DNA of 64,000 nt, from assembly GCA_944390285.1 (NCBI GenBank), contig CALXPN010000001.1:210413-274412 (forward strand). Reading direction: 5' to 3'. The notes beneath the pieces were generated by a model. The model was not told the DNA's origin. It worked only from the letters and a program-made list of their open reading frames with translations, and ran no database searches. This stretch comes from an uncultured Clostridia bacterium (GTDB taxonomy: Bacteria > Bacillota > Clostridia > TANB77 > CAG-508). Positions 51,638-60,344 of this stretch are shown here, piece after piece. The position numbers were made by a program, and so were the translations under genes. The first letter of the stretch is position 1, and every line of letters starts with the position of its first letter.

Positions 51638-53548
51638 TTAATTTATATAATTCAATTTTTCAATTAAATTGTCTTTTAATAATTGAAAATTATATTTCTG
51701 TGTACATCTATTCTCTTCTCTTATTAAATCATCTAATTTATTAATTAATAACTCAACTTGTTTTACTTCTTCTAAAAAAATATCTCTGTTCAATATAATA
51801 TATCTGAAATTACATATATCTTTTGTTTTTGATTTTTTAAATACCAGTATTAAATTTTCTATATCTATTTCTAAAAATAATTTAAATTTATTTACAGAAA
51901 TATTGTTCAAATATGAATTTAAATTATCACTCCATCCACTATCCCAATTTATAATAGTATTAATATCTTCTGTTATTCTAGTATTAATTGTAATTTCTAA
52001 AATATTTTCCAGTTCTTTTATTTTTTCTTTATATTCTTCTAAAACCTCTCTACTCTGAATATTAAAACCTTTATAAAATACCTCATTTTTTAAAGTATCT
52101 TTATTGTTACTAATGTTATTTTGCATTAAATTAAAATATTTGTCAAAATTAAAATCTTTTAATTCTAATTTTTTTATATTTAACAGCACATATATAATTT
52201 TAGGATAAGAAGAAATATCGTACTCTTGATTTTCTAATTTTTCATATATTTTTTGCGTATACTGTTTTATTTCATTATCTTCAAATTCCCAATAGTAATT
52301 TTTTAATATAAATACAGGATCTTTCGCATTAGATTCAATTTGCGATTTTATTTCTTTAGAATATTCTTCCAAACATTTATCAACTTTTTCATAATTTATT
52401 TTTTCTGTTAATATCATATCATCAACAAATCTAAACTTGGCTTGAGCACTATATTTTAAATCATATTCAGCATTTCCATTCCATTCATATATCTTGTCTT
52501 CTTTCTTTTTTAAAATATAAGCTTTTAATAAATATAAGAGTATAGCTGTAAATATTTTTTCATAATCTTTATCTTTTTTTATATTATATTGTTCTAATCC
52601 TATCATAATTTCTTCAAACTTTTCTATAACCAATTTTAAAGTTCTAATATTATTATGTTTTTCATTCATCATTATTTTAGAAATTTCTTCTGCATTATCA
52701 TTTAATATTTTTTTACAGCAGTCATTACTTGAATTTTTACTTAACTCCTTACATATTTGTTCTACATTAGGTAAATAATATATTTCTTTTCCTATTACTT
52801 TTTCTTTAATTTCCTTATACATAATATCTTCGGAAAATAATTCCAACACTCTCTTATCTAATATTGATTTTTCTATATTATCTTCTTGTATATTTTTATA
52901 TTTGTTCAATATATTATGGTATTGAAATTTATCTTTCTCGCGCTGTGAACAAATTTGTTTATTATATGGTCTTACTGCTAAATATTTTAATTCTAAATTA
53001 TTCATTTTTTTACTTTTTGAAATTTCTTTTTGATTAGCAACTATAATAACTTTGTTATTTTTATTTTCTACATATTCATTAATATAACCTAATATAACAT
53101 TAATTTCTAAATTACATCTTTCTAAATCATCAAATATTATAATATGATTATCTATATCTTGCAATTTAGATAATAAATTTTTTACATCTATATTTCCAAT
53201 GACTTCTTGAACAGGTTTAGGAATAACTTTACTAGCCAAATCACTGATAGTATTTATATTATTAAATGTAACAGCTAATAATTTTCCAAACTTTGGATGT
53301 GCTTTTTCTAAAATGCTTTCTGTTATTTTGTCATCAATTTCCTTTTTGGATGTAACTCCATATAAAGAAATTTTGGAAAATTCAATTTCATTTTCTTCTA
53401 AATATTTAATAAATACATGATTAATAAAATATGTTTTTCCTGATCCCCATTCTCCATCAATCAAAACTGCATATTCTGTTTTTTTATTCATATCTATATA
53501 TTTCTCCAAAATTTCCATTATTTCATCATCTTTTAAATATTTTTCCAT
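51638..53548 (-). CDS. KAP-family P-loop NTPase (soluble)
   Basis: LIDGEWGSGKTYF Walker A, IIIFDDLER Walker B, long helical C-terminal region. No TM insert. Confidence 0.75.
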   Translation of the reverse strand: MEKYLKDDEIMEILEKYIDMNKKTEYAVLIDGEWGSGKTYFINHVFIKYLEENEIEFSKISLYGVTSKKEIDDKITESILEKAHPKFGKLLAVTFNNINTISDLASKVIPKPVQEVIGNIDVKNLLSKLQDIDNHIIIFDDLERCNLEINVILGYINEYVENKNNKVIIVANQKEISKSKKMNNLELKYLAVRPYNKQICSQREKDKFQYHNILNKYKNIQEDNIEKSILDKRVLELFSEDIMYKEIKEKVIGKEIYYLPNVEQICKELSKNSSNDCCKKILNDNAEEISKIMMNEKHNNIRTLKLVIEKFEEIMIGLEQYNIKKDKDYEKIFTAILLYLLKAYILKKKEDKIYEWNGNAEYDLKYSAQAKFRFVDDMILTEKINYEKVDKCLEEYSKEIKSQIESNAKDPVFILKNYYWEFEDNEIKQYTQKIYEKLENQEYDISSYPKIIYVLLNIKKLELKDFNFDKYFNLMQNNISNNKDTLKNEVFYKGFNIQSREVLEEYKEKIKELENILEITINTRITEDINTIINWDSGWSDNLNSYLNNISVNKFKLFLEIDIENLILVFKKSKTKDICNFRYIILNRDIFLEEVKQVELLINKLDDLIREENRCTQKYNFQLLKDNLIEKLNYIN

Positions 53549-53574
53549 AATTACTCTCCTTATATTTTAAACTA

Positions 53575-53607
53575 TCAAAAAAGAGTAGAATCAATAAATC
53601 TACTCTT
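53575..53607 (-). terminator. terminator after the R-M operon
   Basis: AAGAGTAGA/TCTACTCTT stem followed by TTTTGAT on the minus strand. Confidence 0.75.
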
Positions 53608-53615
53608 CATTTGTA

Positions 53616-54479
53616 TTACTTCAATATTTCTTTAATAATTCCATTTTTTATATCATTTATGTTGTATATATCTTCCATTGTATCAAAAGTTTCTTTTAAA
53701 TTATTTTTTGCCGAATACCAACCATAGCCATCAGTAAACCAAACAAACTTAAATCCATATACATTTTTAGATTCTTCAGCTAACATTTTATAGCTTCTAG
53801 CCGTTTCATTTAATTTAGAACCACTTGAAGCATAAAAATTAGTTTCAATTCCGTAAATACAATTATCTGTCTTTACAACAAAATCAAATCTTTTAGTTGT
53901 TTGATTTTGATTACTTATAAAAGACATATCTAATTTCCATTTTTCTTCAATTTTTTGTAAATACATTTCTTTAAAATATGTTTCATCTTTCTTAAAACCA
54001 GACTTAATTAAAAAATTTTCAATTAAATCTTCCATTAAATGTCCACCACGATTTTTTCTTGCATTTGAATTTAAACCAGATTCAACGCCTAAAACATAAT
54101 CATATAAATTATTTACTAAATGATTTTGGATTAAATCAAATAACCCTGTTTCTCTCATAAATGTTTTATATTGTTCTAATGTATAATTCATCTTTTTAAA
54201 ATCATATATAAAGTTATTTCCATCTTTATCAAGTACAAGTATTTCACTTTGTCTAACTGCTAAAAGAATTGGAATACATTTTAGTACTTCTGGATATTTA
54301 GCAATTATATTTTCAAAATCACTTTCAATATTTTTACTTCCAATTAAAGAATTTAATATATTTAATTCTACTTTTAATTTTTCAGCATTTTTATATACAG
54401 TTTCAAAATCTATGTAATATTTATAATTTGCAATACTATCTGTAAATGTTAATAGCCATTCGGAAAAATTTCTTGTCAT
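53616..54479 (-). CDS. dpnB: type II restriction endonuclease, DpnII/MboI family (GATC)
   Basis: Collinear similarity, from memory, to S. pneumoniae DpnII: TRNF.EWL, LNI.NSLIGSKNIE, NRGG, KRFDFV, NFY.SGSKLNETARSYK, WFTDG.GW, LKETFD, YNINDI. Confidence 0.85.
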   Translation of the reverse strand: MTRNFSEWLLTFTDSIANYKYYIDFETVYKNAEKLKVELNILNSLIGSKNIESDFENIIAKYPEVLKCIPILLAVRQSEILVLDKDGNNFIYDFKKMNYTLEQYKTFMRETGLFDLIQNHLVNNLYDYVLGVESGLNSNARKNRGGHLMEDLIENFLIKSGFKKDETYFKEMYLQKIEEKWKLDMSFISNQNQTTKRFDFVVKTDNCIYGIETNFYASSGSKLNETARSYKMLAEESKNVYGFKFVWFTDGYGWYSAKNNLKETFDTMEDIYNINDIKNGIIKEILK

Positions 54480-54489
54480 TTTCTACCTC

Positions 54490-55380
54490 CTATATATTTT
54501 CGAAAAAGTCTAAATCTAATTTTTTTATTTTATATTCTGTTTCTGTATAGCATCCAACATTATATTTAATCATTAGTTTTACTAATTTTTCTCCATCTAT
54601 TAAAATAATATTTTGATTTTCGGCATATTGAATCGCTGGTTTTCCAAAATAACTTGTTGTAATAAATACTCCTTTTTTTATATTTTTACCAGCCATTGCT
54701 CCCACGAATCTTTGAAGTTCAGGTCTAGAAATTCCACTATCTTTATCAAATCTTTTTGTTTGAATATATATCGTATTTATTCCTAACTCATCTTCTAATA
54801 CAATTCCATCAATTCCTTCATCATTAGTCTTAGGAGTTACAGTAGCATTTTCTATTTTTCCATATCCCATTGCTGTTATTAATTTTACTGCCAAATTTTC
54901 CAAAAAGTCAGATGTTTGATTCAATATTTCTTGTAGCAATTCACTTTCTAATTCAGAATTTAGCTTCGTAATAGCATTATCGATTTCTTCTTGAGGTGTA
55001 TATTTATCATCTTCATTATCTATGTTTTCTTTTTTATTATGTATTTCTCCTTTAAATTTTAAAAAAGACTCAAATTTTGATAATTCATTATTATCTATTT
55101 TTATATTTTTTTTTAATAATTCAAGTCCATCTTTTGTAATAGAAAATATTCCTCTTTTAGAACTAGATATAACTCCAGCTTTTTTCAAATAAGTAGCTGT
55201 CCAACCTACTCTATTAGTAAATAAATTTCTTCCACTGTTCAATGTTTCTTTTTGCTCTAATTCACTAATATTGTATACTTTTATAATATAGTTTCTTATT
55301 TCTTGAATTGTATGTTCTTTCTTGTCTTTCAAAACATTTAACATATCATTATACATTTCATCATATTTAGGTATTGGCAT
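54490..55380 (-). CDS. mrr: Mrr-like restriction endonuclease (Mrr_N wHTH plus Mrr catalytic domain)
   Basis: N-terminal LFTNRVGWTATYLKKAGVISS wHTH. C-terminal IDGIV...IYIQTKRF, a PD-(D/E)xK variant (D...QxK) as in Mrr. Confidence 0.75.
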   Translation of the reverse strand: MPIPKYDEMYNDMLNVLKDKKEHTIQEIRNYIIKVYNISELEQKETLNSGRNLFTNRVGWTATYLKKAGVISSSKRGIFSITKDGLELLKKNIKIDNNELSKFESFLKFKGEIHNKKENIDNEDDKYTPQEEIDNAITKLNSELESELLQEILNQTSDFLENLAVKLITAMGYGKIENATVTPKTNDEGIDGIVLEDELGINTIYIQTKRFDKDSGISRPELQRFVGAMAGKNIKKGVFITTSYFGKPAIQYAENQNIILIDGEKLVKLMIKYNVGCYTETEYKIKKLDLDFFENI

Positions 55381-56155
55381 TTTCTTTCTCCTTTATTTCT
55401 TTATATCTTTTTATAGATAAATCTAAATATTCTTTTTCATTGTCTATTCCTATGTATTTTCTATTTAATTTATTAGCCACAATTCCTGTGGTACTGCTAC
55501 CACAAAACGGATCTAATATTAAATTATTTTCATGTGTTGAAGCTAAAATTATTTTTTCAAGTATTTCTAGTGGTTTTTGCGTTGGATGTTTTCCTTGTTT
55601 CTTTTCAGATGGTTTTGTAAGACTAGTTGTCCAAACATCTTTCATTTGTTTATTATCATTTAATTTTTTCATCAAATCGTAGTTAAATGTATATTTTACT
55701 TTTGGTAAATTTTTCTTTGCCCAAAGTATAGTTTCTGTTGAGTGTGTAAAAGTTTTACAAGCCAAATTTGGAGGTGGATTAGTTTTTTGCCAAGTTATAT
55801 TATTTATAATTTTAAATCCATTTTCTTCAAGTGCCATACCTATTGAGTAAATATTATGCAAAGTACCACTAATCCATATTGTTCCATTATCTTTTAAAAC
55901 TCTATGGCATTCTTTAATCCATTTTTTATTGAAATCGTGTTTATCTTTTAAAGAATCACATTTATCCCAATTTCCTTTATTAACACTAACCATTTTTCCA
56001 GACTTACAAGTAATTCCATTATTAGAAAGAAAATATGGTGGGTCTGCAAAAATTACATCTATACTTTTTTCTTCGAATTTTTTTAGTATTTTTAGAGAAT
56101 CTCCATTTATTAAATTAAAATCATTTTCTTGAAAGTAAAACTTCCCTTTATACAT
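55367..56155 (-). CDS. dpnA: N6-adenine DNA methyltransferase, DpnA-like (beta class)
   Basis: IFADPPYFLSNNG catalytic motif followed by C-terminal AdoMet motif ILDPFCGSSTTG. Position after dam, as in the DpnII cassette. Confidence 0.85.
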   Translation of the reverse strand: MYKGKFYFQENDFNLINGDSLKILKKFEEKSIDVIFADPPYFLSNNGITCKSGKMVSVNKGNWDKCDSLKDKHDFNKKWIKECHRVLKDNGTIWISGTLHNIYSIGMALEENGFKIINNITWQKTNPPPNLACKTFTHSTETILWAKKNLPKVKYTFNYDLMKKLNDNKQMKDVWTTSLTKPSEKKQGKHPTQKPLEILEKIILASTHENNLILDPFCGSSTTGIVANKLNRKYIGIDNEKEYLDLSIKRYKEIKEKENANT

Positions 56156-56167
56156 TTATTTCTCCAA

Positions 56168-57061
56168 TTAATAATTTGTTATTAGTAATTCTGAAATGGC
56201 TTTTCTTCCATTTCCTTTTGAATTAATATTTCTATTTGCTAATACTTCATTCAACTTAAATCCATCATATAGATCTACAAAAAAGTTATCATCTTTATTT
56301 GTGTTTTTAGGATTTGAATTACTTAACATTAACTTTGCTCCTTTTAAAGATAGTTCTTTATAAAATTTTCCTAATTTTCTTTGATCATCATCATTAAATT
56401 CTTCTTTAGTATATGAAGTAAATCCAGAAGTTGTATTTAAAGGTCTATATGGTGGATCAAAATAGATAAATGTATCTTTATTTGTATATTTTTCTGATTT
56501 TTTATAATCTCCACAATAAAAATCAACATCTTGAATAAGTTTTGACAAGTTTCTCAAATTCGTAGAATCACAAATTGTTGGATTTTTTGCATTATTAAAA
56601 GGAACATTAAATTTATTATTACTATTTACTCTATATAAACCATTAAAACAAGTTTTATTTAAAAATATAAATTCTGATGCTCTTTTAACATTAATTATTT
56701 TATCTTGTAACTCATAAGAATTATATTCAGTTCTTATTTCATAAAAATATTCTTTTCTTTTAGCATTTTCTAGACTTTTATATTTCTTTTCTTTTTCATC
56801 TAATTTAGTAATAAGTTCTTCAACATTATTTTTAGCAACTAAATAACAATTAATCAAATCAGCATTAATATCAAAAGCAATAGCATTTTCGATATTGTAC
56901 TTTTGAAGCACTTCTATTAGCATAGCACCACCACCAACAAATGGTTCTATATATGTTTTTATTTTTCCATCTGTTAATTCTGTTGGTAAATATTTATTTA
57001 TTTGTCCTATAAGTTGAGATTTTCCCCCAGCCCATTTTACAAAAGGTCTTATTTTCTCCAC
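56168..57061 (-). CDS. dpnM: Dam-family N6-adenine methyltransferase (GATC), DpnM-like
   Basis: VKWAGGKS, EPFVGGGA, FDPPY. GTG start 6 nt after GGAGG. Confidence 0.9.
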   Translation of the reverse strand: MEKIRPFVKWAGGKSQLIGQINKYLPTELTDGKIKTYIEPFVGGGAMLIEVLQKYNIENAIAFDINADLINCYLVAKNNVEELITKLDEKEKKYKSLENAKRKEYFYEIRTEYNSYELQDKIINVKRASEFIFLNKTCFNGLYRVNSNNKFNVPFNNAKNPTICDSTNLRNLSKLIQDVDFYCGDYKKSEKYTNKDTFIYFDPPYRPLNTTSGFTSYTKEEFNDDDQRKLGKFYKELSLKGAKLMLSNSNPKNTNKDDNFFVDLYDGFKLNEVLANRNINSKGNGRKAISELLITNY

Positions 57062-57205
57062 TTTCTTCCTCCATTAATACTAATTGAATAATTTATTTAT
57101 AGCATATTTATATCATACTTTTGTTTATATTTAAATACTATATATAAATAATTCTGACAATTTAAAATATTATTACAATTGATATAAGGTAAAAAGAAAC
57201 TCGTA

Positions 57206-57724
57206 CTAAAAAATTTGATCTTCTTTATTTTCTACTTTTTTTCCATCTACATATTTTACAATTTTAACTTCTTCTCTCTCTTTTCCTATTATTATGTGTA
57301 AACCCAATTTATATTTAAAATTAGCATTTGGATCTGTTAGTTTTTTCAATTTAATTATATCTCTTTTCAATTCTCTTGTGTTTATATTGTCATACATTTT
57401 AAATTCTATTACTAAAATATTCTTATTACTATCTTTTCCTCTTTTATGTAAAATAAAATCAGGATAAATATTTTTTTCATTTTCACTATCGTCTAAGATA
57501 TTTTTCTTATCAAAACCATCTCTATCATATTCACAATCAATGCACAAATCATCATATGTTTTAGAATATTTTTTATCAAAAAAAATATAAAAATATTTTG
57601 AAAAATGAAAAACTATATTTCTTTCTGTAGAATTATTTTGTATCAAATATTTATCTTTTTCGTACAATTTGTTCAACGACATATCAACTAATTCTAATAC
57701 TTCTTTAATTATTTTTTCTTTCAA
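57206..57724 (-). CDS. hypothetical protein with PD-(D/E)xK nuclease-like motif
   Basis: ERNIV..., IYPDFILH and ILVIEFK spaced as in E...PD...(D/E)xK restriction-endonuclease-fold proteins; 172 aa. Confidence 0.4.
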   Translation of the reverse strand: MKEKIIKEVLELVDMSLNKLYEKDKYLIQNNSTERNIVFHFSKYFYIFFDKKYSKTYDDLCIDCEYDRDGFDKKNILDDSENEKNIYPDFILHKRGKDSNKNILVIEFKMYDNINTRELKRDIIKLKKLTDPNANFKYKLGLHIIIGKEREEVKIVKYVDGKKVENKEDQIF

Positions 57725-57791
57725 TTTAATTTCTCCTATTTTTTATTTAATATATTGTTAAGATACATATGCTGATAATATTAAATAAATT

Positions 57792-58736
57792 TTATAAACT
57801 ACTTTTATTATTTATAATCTCAACAATTTTTTGTCCATGAATCTTTATTTTAATATCTGATAGAATTTTTAAATTCTTAAGTTCTGTAATATTTTTAGGT
57901 CTATATTTTACTAATTTTTCTAATTCATCATTATTAAAAATATAATATGCTGGTATATTCTTTTCTTTTGAAGTTTCTCTTCTAAAATCTTTTAACTCTT
58001 TTTTTAATATTTCTTCTCTATTTTCTTTACAGCTATCAGCAATTTTATTTAATGAATTTTCTAATGATATACTATTTTGTAACCATTTTCTTAATTCTTG
58101 TTCATAATCTCTATCTATAATCTCATTGTAATTATTCATAATTCCAAATGCATTTTCTTTCATTTCCTTTGCTGTATATCTCATATCTTTATCTGTATTA
58201 TTTACATCATTTTGTAAATATTTTACTAAATTATCTGAACGAACTATTTTATTTTTAATTTCTTTAGGTGCAGATTTTATATCTAATATACTTTTTGGAT
58301 TAGTCATTACAACTATGTATTTACACCATTTATCAAAATTTCTCATTTGTAACTTATTAATTAGTTTTGTATTTTTACTATTCCAAATTTTCTTGAATAT
58401 TTCTATATGTCTTTCAACTTGTCTTATTGGAGAATAAATTCCCTCTCTTACTTTTTTTCTATTATATGTATATTCTCTAATAAATTCGCCTCTACTATTA
58501 ACACTTATATTTCCTACCAGATTTTTACATTCTATAAAATACATACTTGCTGGGGTAATAACTATATAGTCTATTTGTGCCGTTAAATCTTCATATTTCA
58601 TATTAATATCATGTAATACATACATTCCAATATTTGCATTTTTCAATTCAAATTCAATTTCTTTTTCACCTTTTAATCCTAATTCACATAATTTCAACTT
58701 TTGTCCGAATTTTATCATTACTTGGAAATTCAGCAT
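57792..58736 (-). CDS. NERD-domain protein with HRDC-like C-terminus (5' end apparently frameshifted)
   Basis: GEKEIEFELKN...LTAQIDYIVITP...FIECKN NERD core. C-terminal IPAYYIFNNDELEKLVKYRPKNITELKNLK is HRDC/HhH-like. Confidence 0.7.
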   Translation of the reverse strand: MLNFQVMIKFGQKLKLCELGLKGEKEIEFELKNANIGMYVLHDINMKYEDLTAQIDYIVITPASMYFIECKNLVGNISVNSRGEFIREYTYNRKKVREGIYSPIRQVERHIEIFKKIWNSKNTKLINKLQMRNFDKWCKYIVVMTNPKSILDIKSAPKEIKNKIVRSDNLVKYLQNDVNNTDKDMRYTAKEMKENAFGIMNNYNEIIDRDYEQELRKWLQNSISLENSLNKIADSCKENREEILKKELKDFRRETSKEKNIPAYYIFNNDELEKLVKYRPKNITELKNLKILSDIKIKIHGQKIVEIINNKSSL

Positions 58737-58824
58737 TTATTTTCTTTAAGGCTTTAATTTGATATTCTAATTCACTATCTTGCTTATAAAAAATTGTTTT
58801 ATCGAATTTTTTAAATAATTCCAT
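58684..58824 (-). pseudogene. detached N-terminal reading frame of the NERD gene
   Basis: ATG 58824 lies 8 nt after GGGAG. The 46 codons (MELFKKFDKTIFYKQDSELEYQIKALKKINAEF...) end at TGA 58684-58686. They overlap the NERD ORF in a frame offset by one nucleotide. Confidence 0.5.
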
Positions 58825-58891
58825 AAAGTTTTCTCCCATTATTTAATACATAATTTATATCATAAAATTTTTAAAGTCTCAATAAGTATAA

Positions 58892-58919
58892 CAAAAGACA
58901 CTTTAAAAAGTGTCTTTGT
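58892..58919 (-). terminator. hairpin with U-tract on the minus strand (possible end of an RT read-through transcript)
   Basis: AAAGACAC/GTGTCTTT stem (58894-58901 / 58910-58917). On the minus strand it is followed by TTTTGTTATACTT. Confidence 0.45.
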
Positions 58920-58923
58920 GGAA

Positions 58924-59282
58924 GCGGGTATTCATTGTTTTTGGCTTTGTAGCCGTATTTTGAGCATTTTTTGTTTCCCAATACGTTGACCAATTGAAAT
59001 AATAACAAATAATTTTGAATAATGTTATATAGCTTTATTCGGAATTTCCGAATTTTCCTTTCCTAAAAATTGTGCATTTGCACGTTTTTTAGGAATATCA
59101 AAAAACTTTTGTCGGTTTTTCCGGTAAAAGTTTTCGAGCTGTCGCAAAATTTGCGACAGTTAATTTTCAAATTTTCTTGTGTAATTCTTGTGTAGTTCAT
59201 TTTAAATTTTTGTAAATTTATGCATTTTTTTAATAAATTATAAAATCCATTTTAAATTTTTGGGGGTACCCGCATTTTTTTT
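58924..59282 (+). ncRNA. candidate structured ncRNA: inverted-repeat-bounded multi-hairpin element downstream of and antisense to the RT
   Basis: Closing helix GCGGGTATTC (58924-58933) / GGGTACCCGC (59264-59273), then A+T8. Hairpins at 58943-58954, 58954-58985, 59037-59053, 59060-59095, 59102-59134 and 59137-59161. All wobble pairs are G-U on the plus strand. No ORF. Confidence 0.45.
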
Positions 59283-59317
59283 AAATGGATTTACATTTTT
59301 ATTTTCTGTTAAATTTG

Positions 59318-60280
59318 CTATTTCTGTAAATTAACACTATTTTTTAATTGTTTCTTTAACCCTTGATAAGCATTTTTTACAGACAATTCCGAAAAATTAG
59401 CTAAACCTACTAGAGAATTTTTCAAAGAATTATCTATTTCTTTAATGTTTTTTACTTGAGCTAACTTTCTTTTTATTTTTAATCTTGTTTTATTTCCAAC
59501 AACTAATTGGTGCTCTGGTGAAATTACAAATCCAGTTATCTTCTTATAATCACTAGTGCTATATCTTATAGTTTTATTTTTGCTTATTTTTTGACCATAT
59601 TTTTTTACAATACCTTTTAGTTGTTTTTCTTCTTCAAAACTTATTTTTCTATTCGTAGACAAAGTTATATCATCTACATATATAGAACAAATTAACCCAT
59701 GGCATTTACAATAACCATAAACTTCATCAAACATATCTAAATTAGCTAAATATGATAGTATTTGACTTGTTGGTGTTCCTGATGGTAAATGATTTCTAAT
59801 TTTTATATGTTTTAATTTCATGTACTCAAATACATCATCATCAATATTTACATTATCAGAATCATAATTAATTGTTGTAATATCTGTACATAACTTTGCT
59901 ACATCAGCAGACATTTTTAATTTTCTATAAAAAAAATTATATACTTTATCTCTATGCGTATTCGGAAAAAACTTACTCATATCTAACTTTAACATACATT
60001 CAGAATTTATATGTGTTAAAGCATTATCATAAGCTGACCTTCCTTTTATTCCTGAAAAAACATATTCTGGAAATTGTATCTGATAAAGCTTATTTAAAAT
60101 TCTTTTTTGTAGTAGTTTTAATTTAAAATTAGGTTTTTCTAATAATCTTTTTTCTTCACTTATACAAACTTTGTATTTATTTAAAATAAGACCTACTTCC
60201 TCTGGAGTAGAGCTTATTAAATGATATAAATCTCTTTTTCTTTTTAAATTATATAACTGACAATTTTCAAAATTTATCAT
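59318..60280 (-). CDS. retron-type reverse transcriptase
   Basis: RT motifs KRLLEKPNFKLKLLQKRI (1), SGIKGRSAYDNALTH (2), LKLDMSKFFPN (3/A), LPSGTPTSQILS (4/B), IYVDDITLS (5/C), KKITGFVIS (retron VTG-like box). 320 aa with no extra domain. ATG 60280 follows AAGGAG. Confidence 0.8.
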   Translation of the reverse strand: MINFENCQLYNLKRKRDLYHLISSTPEEVGLILNKYKVCISEEKRLLEKPNFKLKLLQKRILNKLYQIQFPEYVFSGIKGRSAYDNALTHINSECMLKLDMSKFFPNTHRDKVYNFFYRKLKMSADVAKLCTDITTINYDSDNVNIDDDVFEYMKLKHIKIRNHLPSGTPTSQILSYLANLDMFDEVYGYCKCHGLICSIYVDDITLSTNRKISFEEEKQLKGIVKKYGQKISKNKTIRYSTSDYKKITGFVISPEHQLVVGNKTRLKIKRKLAQVKNIKEIDNSLKNSLVGLANFSELSVKNAYQGLKKQLKNSVNLQK

Positions 60281-60344
60281 AAATTCTCCTTTTCCTTTTA
60301 TAAGCAAATTAAAATTTAATTTACTTATAAAAAGAAAAGGTTAA

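Noticed and set aside
59188-59197. 10-mer TTGTGTAGTT shared between the RT-downstream element and the Fic upstream repeats (63220-63229)
   Set aside because: A rough composition-based estimate suggests a single shared AT-rich 10-mer in 64 kb (both strands) is not improbable by chance. No further similarity surrounds it.
59318-60280. Group II intron, DGR or CRISPR-associated RT
   Set aside because: The protein is only 320 aa, with no maturase/X-En domains. There are no intron domain V/VI-like structures flanking it, no Avd or template/variable repeat pair, and no cas genes. The VTG-like box and its size fit the retron clade instead.
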